Below, in pieces: positions 54,491 to 60,617 of a DNA stretch of 64,000 nt. Made by a program: the position numbers and the translations under genes. How positions within the stretch are numbered: position 1 is the stretch's first letter; every line of letters begins with the position of its first letter. The notes beneath the pieces were generated by a model. It made no database searches and had not been told where the DNA came from. It saw only the letters and a program-made list of their open reading frames with translations. The stretch covers positions 1,729 to 65,728 of the forward strand of contig SVLY01000007.1 of the NCBI GenBank assembly GCA_015067715.1. Direction: 5' to 3'. This stretch comes from Oscillospiraceae bacterium (GTDB taxonomy: Bacteria; Bacillota; Clostridia; Oscillospirales; QAMX01).

Positions 54491-54520
54491 ATATTATCGA
54501 ATCAGCCCATAATTTGTCAA
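54491..54520 (-). promoter_or_regulatory. candidate sigma-A promoter for lipoprotein pair
   Basis: Minus strand reads TTGACA (54515-54520), 18 nt, TAATAT. This implies a ~190-nt AT-rich leader. Confidence 0.35.
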
Positions 54521-54612
54521 AACGTCTCGCCACAATTTGTTTACGTAATCAGTATAACATTCACGTCCTGTTGCTGTCAAGGATAAAAAGTAATTGTGAC
54601 CATGTTTTCTCT

Positions 54613-54650
54613 GTATTGCACAAAATTAACTTGTCGTTTTTGTGCAATAC
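54613..54650. repeat. perfect 13-bp-arm hairpin
   Basis: GTATTGCACAAAA-loop(12)-TTTTGTGCAATAC. Confidence 0.85.
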
Positions 54651-54674
54651 AACCAAGGGTCGGGGATTCTCCCC

Positions 54675-54763
54675 GTGCCCCCACCGCCCCTGCGGGGCAC
54701 CTTCCCCTGCTTTTTGCGTATGCCTGTAAAGATAGGATAGTGCTAAAAATAAAAGCATGTACC
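54675..54763 (+). repeat. repeat module A, copy 3 (second hairpin truncated)
   Basis: CCCCCACCGCCCCTGCGGGGCACCTTCCCCTGCTTTTTGCGTATGCCTGTAAAGATAGGATAGTGCTAAAAATAAAAGCATGTACC. Confidence 0.9.
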
Positions 54764-54838
54764 CAAGGCTCCCTCTCCGAGGGAGCTGGATCGGCCAAAG
54801 GCCGAGACTGAGGGAGTGAATGCACCGGCGTATCATCC
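54764..54838 (+). repeat. 75-nt repeat module B, copy 5
   Basis: Identical to copy 1. Confidence 0.95.
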
Positions 54839-54880
54839 TGCTTGCCTCTCCCGGCAACACCGTGCCAAAGGCGAGTTTGC

Positions 54881-54950
54881 GGGAGGCTGATAGCCTCCCC
54901 TACAGGCGCAAAGACAACCCCTGCGCTGTAGGGGCAGATATCATCTGCCC
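54881..54950. repeat. REP-like head-to-head doublet 5
   Basis: GGGAGGCT-GAT-AGCCTCCC + CTAC, 24-nt linker AGGCGCAAAGACAACCCCTGCGCT, then GTAG + GGGCAGAT-ATC-ATCTGCCC. Confidence 0.9.
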
Positions 54951-55018
54951 GCCGGGGGAACCCGCGCATCATCCCGTTTGCCTCTCCCGGCAATACCGTG
55001 CCGACGGCAACGTTTTCC

Positions 55019-55092
55019 GGACGCCCCGGGAGGGGCGTCCCTACGGGCAAACAGATAAACCGCACACCGTAGGGCGGGGGCTTGCTCCCGCC
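55019..55092. repeat. REP-like head-to-head doublet 6
   Basis: GGACGCCCC-GGGA-GGGGCGTCC + CTAC, 24-nt linker GGGCAAACAGATAAACCGCACACC, then GTAG + GGCGGG...CCCGCC. Confidence 0.9.
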
Positions 55093-55125
55093 GTTCCACG
55101 GCGTTATCTCCCGTATACCTTTTTT

Positions 55126-55151
55126 GGACGCCCCGGGAGGGGCGTCCCTAC
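55126..55151 (-). repeat. single REP-like palindrome with GTAG head
   Basis: GGACGCCCC-GGGA-GGGGCGTCC + CTAC. Confidence 0.85.
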
Positions 55152-55164
55152 GTTTTTGTTCACT

Positions 55165-55194
55165 AAATCAAAAGCCCCCTTTACCAAAGGGGGC
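55165..55194 (-). terminator. rho-independent terminator of IMPase gene
   Basis: GCCCCCTTT-ACC-AAAGGGGGC. The minus strand continues TTTTGATTT. Confidence 0.75.
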
Positions 55195-55204
55195 AAAGGG
55201 GGCA

Positions 55205-55999
55205 TCACTCTTCGATAAGCTCTTTCAGCTCTGCGTATGCAACTGGGTTTCCGGCCATGACGCTGTCCGGGGCGGAGAGGTCAAGGGGATCGCCGGAGAA
55301 ATTGGTTATCTTTCCGCCGGCTTCGGTTATCAGCAGAGCTCCTGCGGCGTAGTCCCAGGGGGAGAGGCGGAGCTCGTAAAAGGCGCAGAGCCTGCCTGCG
55401 GCGACGTAGGCAAGGTGGAGCGCCGCCGTGCCCAGGTTTCTTACGTCGATGCACTTGGCATAGACCCTTGAAAGCAGGGCCATGTGCCTGTCTGCAACGG
55501 TGCGGTCGTAGGGGGTGGAGCCATAGCCTGCCAGGCCGTGTTCAAGGTCACGGGCGGAGACCTGCATGGGCTCGCCGTTAAGGTAAGCTCCGCCGCCCAG
55601 CGTTGCGGAAAAGAGCTCGTCGGTATAGGGGCAGTAGACGGCCGCGGCAAGGGTGCGGTTGGCCTTCACGTCGCAAAGGGCAATGCTGACCGCGGAAAGG
55701 CGGAGGCCCATCATGAAGTTTGAGGTGCCGTCTATGGGGTCGACGACGAAGGCAAGGTCGGAGATAAGCTTTCCCTTTTCGGTATCCTCCTCGCCGAAAA
55801 AGCCTATCTCCGGGGAAAAGACCGAAAGCTCCCGGGCGATGTATTTCTGAACCGCAACGTCGCACTCGGTAACGTAGTTTGCCGTACCGGGTTTTTGGGT
55901 TATGCCGACGTCGGCGGGGTTTGTGCCGTACATGATGCGCCCGGCGCTTTTGGCAGTGAGGCACATGACCCGGCAGATCTCGTTTATATCTCTCGTCAT
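55205..55999 (-). CDS. inositol monophosphatase family protein
   Basis: FFGEE, VVDPIDGTSNF, and WDYAAGALLITEAGG motifs. Confidence 0.9.
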   Translation of the reverse strand: MTRDINEICRVMCLTAKSAGRIMYGTNPADVGITQKPGTANYVTECDVAVQKYIARELSVFSPEIGFFGEEDTEKGKLISDLAFVVDPIDGTSNFMMGLRLSAVSIALCDVKANRTLAAAVYCPYTDELFSATLGGGAYLNGEPMQVSARDLEHGLAGYGSTPYDRTVADRHMALLSRVYAKCIDVRNLGTAALHLAYVAAGRLCAFYELRLSPWDYAAGALLITEAGGKITNFSGDPLDLSAPDSVMAGNPVAYAELKELIEE

Positions 56000-56139
56000 T
56001 TGTTATTCAGCTCCGTAATTGGTTTGTGGCTAAAATATTTTATCACAGGCAAAAGACTTTATCAAGTCCGAAAAGGCATAAGCGCCGGAAAGGGAGAATA
56101 CCATGTAACGAGAATAAGTTGACACCGGGAGGAAGATAA

Positions 56140-56742
56140 ATGTTTATCTATTCTGCAAAAATGGACAAAAAGAAGCTGCTCACACTCCTTGCCTGCGGAG
56201 GAATTGCCGTGCTGGTGCTGGTACTGGTGCTCTGCCGGGGGTGCGGGGGAGAAAGGTCTGCCTCATCCGTTGTGGGAACGGAGACCGTTGAAGTTGCCGC
56301 CGCCCCGAAGTCCGTGGCAAAGCTTATTAAAAAAGCCCGCATAAACACCCCCGAGGACGCCGCAGAGCTTTTGACTGAGCTTGGCTGGACGGTGGAGCCC
56401 TCTCCCGTTGAGACCGTGGACGTGGTGATCCCCGCAGTTTTTTCAGACGTCTACGAAAAGTACAACGAGCTTCAGCTCACCCAGGGCTTTGACCTCACGC
56501 GCCACGCCGGAAAGACCGCCACCCGCTGGACCATGAGCATAACCAACCACCCAAGCGGCGAGGAAGAGGTCTACGCCACGCTTCTGGTGATCAACAGCCG
56601 CATCGTGGGCGGAGACGTCTGCGCCGCAAGGCTGGATGGGTTCATGCACGGGCTCACCCCGGAAAGCTACGGGGGAGAGGTGAGTTCCTCGGCAGAAATT
56701 GAGCCATCCAGCCCGGAGACCTCTGTCCCCCAGGGGAAATAG
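56140..56742 (+). CDS. DUF4830 domain-containing membrane-anchored protein
   Basis: TM anchor, then ELLTELGWTVEPSPVE...VYEKYNELQLTQGFDL. Confidence 0.65.
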   Translation: MFIYSAKMDKKKLLTLLACGGIAVLVLVLVLCRGCGGERSASSVVGTETVEVAAAPKSVAKLIKKARINTPEDAAELLTELGWTVEPSPVETVDVVIPAVFSDVYEKYNELQLTQGFDLTRHAGKTATRWTMSITNHPSGEEEVYATLLVINSRIVGGDVCAARLDGFMHGLTPESYGGEVSSSAEIEPSSPETSVPQGK

Positions 56743-56746
56743 GCAA

Positions 56747-56788
56747 AAAACGGCTTCGTGCCCCGGGGTGTGGGGACGAAGCCGTTTT
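56747..56788. terminator. bidirectional rho-independent terminator
   Basis: AAAACGGCTTCGTGCCCC...GGGGACGAAGCCGTTTT between convergent genes. Confidence 0.85.
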
Positions 56789-56798
56789 GCAAACAGAC

Positions 56799-57248
56799 TT
56801 ACTGCAATACCAGCAGACAGCGCTTGAGAATGGATGCGCGTAGAACGTCCCGCTGGGACTTGTCTGCGGAGGCGAGGGCGTAGTCCGAGGTGGCGGCGGT
56901 GATAAGCCGGGCCTCACTTTCGGAGAGGATGTCGTTTGAGTTCATGTTGGATATAAATGCCGCGGCGCTGGCGCTGTCGATGCTGTTGCCCACGGTGTTT
57001 ATAACGTGCATAAGAAGCTGACCGCGGGTCATTTTTACCCGGGTTATGCGGATATAGCCTCCGCCGCCACGGCGGCTGTCAACACAGTAGCCGTGCTCCG
57101 GGGAAAAACGGGTGGAGAGAACGTAGTTTATCTGGCTTGGCACACAGCTGAACCTGTCTGCAAGCTCGCTCCGTGAAAGGTGAACGCTTCCGCTGGAGCG
57201 CTGGATCTCCTCTTCGATATATTGGGCGATAAGGTCGCTTATACGCAT
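56799..57248 (-). CDS. ctsR: transcriptional repressor CtsR
   Basis: MRISDLIAQYIEEEI..., SELADRFSCVPSQINYVLSTRF, and GGGGYIRI. ATG 57248 has a GGGGGAG SD. The promoter position excludes the longer ORF. Confidence 0.9.
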   Translation of the reverse strand: MRISDLIAQYIEEEIQRSSGSVHLSRSELADRFSCVPSQINYVLSTRFSPEHGYCVDSRRGGGGYIRITRVKMTRGQLLMHVINTVGNSIDSASAAAFISNMNSNDILSESEARLITAATSDYALASADKSQRDVLRASILKRCLLVLQ

Positions 57249-57270
57249 TTTGTATTCTCCCCCTTTTATG

Positions 57271-57289
57271 CTCTGACTGTTTCTGACCT
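57271..57289 (-). promoter_or_regulatory. CtsR operator (heptad direct repeat)
   Basis: Minus strand reads GGTCAGA-AAC-AGTCAGA, versus the consensus (A/G)GTCAAA-NAN-(A/G)GTCAAA. It starts 2 nt downstream of the -10. Confidence 0.6.
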
Positions 57290-57291
57290 TT

Positions 57292-57320
57292 ATTTTACTA
57301 CAAACTCCGGCTTTTTTCAA
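57292..57320 (-). promoter_or_regulatory. sigma-A promoter of ctsR
   Basis: Minus strand reads TTGAAA, 17 nt, TAAAAT. Confidence 0.6.
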
Positions 57321-57380
57321 GGGCTTTCGGCATAAGAAAAGTGAGGTGAAAATTTGGGCAGATTTTATTCGGCTAAATGG

Positions 57381-57611
<231 letters not shown>

Positions 57612-57632
57612 GGCTCTGTAACAAAATGGGAA

Positions 57633-57677
57633 ATTTCGGGGCTTGCGGTATGTCCGCTTGCCCCGAAATGATTTTTT
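57633..57677 (+). terminator. rho-independent terminator
   Basis: ATTTCGGGGCTTGCGG-loop-CCGCTTGCCCCGAAAT followed by GATTTTTT. Confidence 0.8.
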
Positions 57678-57686
57678 GGGGGAAAC

Positions 57687-58403
57687 GTGGACTCATTTGA
57701 GAAGATAACGGTCATTGCCCCGGGTGTGGCTTACCGGTGGAACGAAAATATTGCCCCTCCCTCGGCGGACAGTTTTATTCTGGCGGACTTTGCCCGGGAG
57801 CGTGTCCGGGGGCGTGTGTGCGATCTTTGCGGCGGAGGAGGGCTTATTTCCCTTTTGCTCCTGTCAAAGGGCTTTTCCGGGGAGATCGTCTGCGCCGATG
57901 CGGACGTGACCGCTTTGGAGCTTGCCCGGAAAAACTCCCTTGAGGAAGGGCTTTGCTTTGAGACCGTGAGGACGGACGTAAATCTGTGGAGAGAAAGCCT
58001 GTCTCCGGAGAGCTTTGATTCGGTTGTCTGTAACCCTCCCTATCATGAACAGGGGGGCAAAATATCTGCCAAAAGAAGCATGGCCAGAAGTGAGGCCGGG
58101 TGCTCTTTAGAGGCTGTGTGCCTTGCCGCCGGAGGCATTCTGAAAAACGGCGGACGTTTATTTGTGTGTATGAAGGCTTCGCGGACGGCGGAGCTTATTG
58201 TTGCAATGAAAAATTCCGGGACCGAGCCCAAAAGGCTTCGGTTTGTTGCCCACGCAGAGGGTCACGAGCCATATCTCGTGCTCTGCGAGGGAATAAAAGG
58301 GGCTTCTCCCTCGGTGAGTGTTGCTCCCGAGCTTCATATGTATTGCCCCAGCGGGCGGCCCTCGGAGGAGTCTCAAAGAATTTACTACGGGATCGGAGAT
58401 TGA
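57687..58403 (+). CDS. SAM-dependent methyltransferase, tRNA1(Val) (adenine37-N6)-methyltransferase-like
   Basis: DLCGGGG SAM motif and CNPPYH catalytic motif. GTG start. Confidence 0.7.
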   Translation: MDSFEKITVIAPGVAYRWNENIAPPSADSFILADFARERVRGRVCDLCGGGGLISLLLLSKGFSGEIVCADADVTALELARKNSLEEGLCFETVRTDVNLWRESLSPESFDSVVCNPPYHEQGGKISAKRSMARSEAGCSLEAVCLAAGGILKNGGRLFVCMKASRTAELIVAMKNSGTEPKRLRFVAHAEGHEPYLVLCEGIKGASPSVSVAPELHMYCPSGRPSEESQRIYYGIGD

Positions 58404-58410
58404 AAAGACT

Positions 58411-59232
58411 ATGTCAGAGCCATGGCTTGAAAAAAGACACCCTGAGATCGGCGCTTCCCACAGCGAGGCCGTGCGCATAAGAAAGCTTTTGGGAGAGGGT
58501 TCCTCCGGCGAGGAGGGGCTCTGCGTTCTGGACGGATACTGGGCCCTTGAAAAGGCCGCAAACGCGGGAATGAAGATACTGAGCTTCGTTTTCTGTCCCG
58601 AGCTTTTGGAAAGCGGACAGGCCGAAGAGCTGTTCCGCCGATACGTTTCCCTTGCGGACAACGTGTTTTCCGTCTCGAAAAAGACCTATGCCCGGCTCAC
58701 CGACAGGGACGACCTTGTGGGCATGACCGCCCTGGCGGAATTTCCGAAATGGAAGGCAGACGACCTGGCCTCTGCAAAGCTCATCGTTATTCTGGACGGC
58801 CTTGAAACTCCCGGAAACATCGGAACAGTTCTTCGCACCTGCGACGGCGCCGCCGTGGACGGGGTCATGGTTGTGAACCGCAAGGCAAAGTTCATCAGCC
58901 AGAAGGTCATAAAGGCCAGCATGGGCGCCGCCTTTACCGTGCCCATGGTGGAGTTTCCCTCGGTGGACGAGTGCCGGGAGTGGCTTGGCAAACACGGCTT
59001 TTCCGTCTATCTTGCGGACACCCGCGCCCTTCGGGATTACGATACCGAGCCCTACAGGTTCCCGGCCGCCCTTGTTGCCGGAAGCGAGCGCTACGGCATT
59101 TCAAAAAGCTGGTACGACGGCACGGAGAACATGATAAAGATCCCCATGCGCGGCATTTCCGACTCTCTTAACGTGGGCGTTGCCGCATCGATTTTCCTTT
59201 ATGAAATGAGCCAGAGACTTCACGCTGAGTGA
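58411..59232 (+). CDS. TrmH/SpoU family RNA 2'-O-methyltransferase
   Basis: GNIGTVLRTCDG and SLNVGVAASIFLYE. ATG 58411 is preferred over the upstream-extended ORF, which overlaps the previous gene. Confidence 0.8.
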   Translation: MSEPWLEKRHPEIGASHSEAVRIRKLLGEGSSGEEGLCVLDGYWALEKAANAGMKILSFVFCPELLESGQAEELFRRYVSLADNVFSVSKKTYARLTDRDDLVGMTALAEFPKWKADDLASAKLIVILDGLETPGNIGTVLRTCDGAAVDGVMVVNRKAKFISQKVIKASMGAAFTVPMVEFPSVDECREWLGKHGFSVYLADTRALRDYDTEPYRFPAALVAGSERYGISKSWYDGTENMIKIPMRGISDSLNVGVAASIFLYEMSQRLHAE

Positions 59233-59246
59233 GGAGATAGCAAAGA

Positions 59247-60611
59247 ATGAAAATTATCGTTGTAGGTTGCGGCAAGATCGGAACCACTATAATCGAAAGC
59301 CTCGTTTCCGAGGGGCACGACGTTGTTGCCGTGGACTCCAACAAGTCCGCGGTGGACGAGGTCGGCAATATTTACGACGTTATGTGCCTTTGCGGCAACG
59401 GCGTGGACTGGGAAACTCTCAGCGAGGCAGGGGTTGAAAAGGCAGAGCTTTTCGTCGCCGTCACCGGGTCGGACGAGTTCAATATGCTCAGCTGCTATAT
59501 CGCCCGGAGAATGGGCGCGAGGCATACCGTCGCCCGCATTCGCAATCCCGAATATAACGACAGAAGCCTTTCGTATATGCGGCAGATGCTGGACATCTCT
59601 CTGCCGCTGAACCCTGAGCTTTTCACCGCCCACGAGGCCTTTAACACCCTCAAGCTCCAGTCTGCCGTGAACATCGAGACCTTCTCCCAGCGAAATCTCG
59701 AGATGGTGGAGCTGATCATAAACGAAGGGTGCCGTTTGGATGGCTGTTCACTCATGGAGCTGAAAAAGCGCTACAGGGCGGACTACCTTATCTGCGCTGT
59801 GAAGAGGGGCAGTGAGGTGATCGTTCCCGGCGGTAATTTCGTGCTTCGCCGGGGAGACAAGATCGGCCTTGTCGCCGCGCCCAACGGCATATCGAAGATA
59901 ATCAAAATGCTGGGCTTTGCGGACAAGCAGGCCAAAAGCGTTATAATCCTTGGCGCCAGCATGACGGCGTTTTACCTTGCAAAGCTCCTTGTTGCCAGCG
60001 GAAACTCCGTTAAGATAATCGACAAGAGCGAAGAACGCTGCCGGACCTTTGCAGAGCGCATTCCCGAGGCCGTGGTCATCTGCGGTGACGGTGCTGAGCA
60101 GGAGGTTCTGCTTGAAGAGGGGCTGGACAAGGCCGACGCCTTCGTCACTCTTACGGGCATGGACGAGGAAAACATTCTCATCTCCTTCTTTGCTGCCTCC
60201 CGCGAGGTGCCAAAGATCATCACAAAGGTCAACAGAAGCGAGCTTGCGGAGATGGCGGAAAAGCTTGGCCTTAACTCCGTCGTGTCCCCAAGGAAGATCG
60301 TCTCCGACATTCTCATCCGCTACGCCAGAGCTTTGGAAAACTCCCTTGGCAGTAACGTTGAGACTCTTTACAAGCTCATGGATTCCGAGGTCGAGGCGCT
60401 GGAGTTCAACGTCAGCGAGGATTTCGAGGGCAGGGGAATTCCCCTTAAGGATATGAAGTTCAAGCCAAATCTTATTATCGCCGGTATCATCCGCAAGAGA
60501 AAGCCCTTTATCCCCACCGGCGACGACGTTATTCTCTCCGGGGACAAGGTCGTCGTTGTGGCCTCCGGTCAGAAGTTTATCGACCTTTCTGATATTCTGG
60601 GACAGCGGTAA
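59247..60611 (+). CDS. trkA: Trk system potassium uptake protein TrkA
   Basis: Two RCK/NAD modules (IIVVGCGKIG and VIILGASMTA). Confidence 0.9.
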   Translation: MKIIVVGCGKIGTTIIESLVSEGHDVVAVDSNKSAVDEVGNIYDVMCLCGNGVDWETLSEAGVEKAELFVAVTGSDEFNMLSCYIARRMGARHTVARIRNPEYNDRSLSYMRQMLDISLPLNPELFTAHEAFNTLKLQSAVNIETFSQRNLEMVELIINEGCRLDGCSLMELKKRYRADYLICAVKRGSEVIVPGGNFVLRRGDKIGLVAAPNGISKIIKMLGFADKQAKSVIILGASMTAFYLAKLLVASGNSVKIIDKSEERCRTFAERIPEAVVICGDGAEQEVLLEEGLDKADAFVTLTGMDEENILISFFAASREVPKIITKVNRSELAEMAEKLGLNSVVSPRKIVSDILIRYARALENSLGSNVETLYKLMDSEVEALEFNVSEDFEGRGIPLKDMKFKPNLIIAGIIRKRKPFIPTGDDVILSGDKVVVVASGQKFIDLSDILGQR

Positions 60612-60617
60612 AAAGCT

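Noticed and set aside
48830-55160. Possible CRISPR array, given the many short GC-rich palindromic repeats.
   Set aside because: There is no single repeat at regular spacing. The units are heterogeneous, occur in both orientations and abut each other without unique spacers. No cas genes are present.
48815-55204. Classical integron (attC sites between cassettes).
   Set aside because: No intI-type tyrosine recombinase, attI site or recognisable R''/R' core sites (RYYYAAC/GTTRRRY) could be supported. The blocks are far larger and more modular than attC sites. Only the formal cassette-like layout is retained as a hypothesis.
48752-55218. ORFs of 100-180 aa inside the repeat blocks. These are 48752-49216(-), 48979-49518(+), 49537-49872(-), 49780-50067(+), 51437-51823(-), 51818-52228(+), 54577-55065(-) and 54820-55218(+).
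   Set aside because: They overlap each other on both strands, read straight through palindromic repeat modules, lack SD sequences, and give Pro/Arg/Gly-rich peptides repeated wherever the module recurs. I treat them as noncoding.
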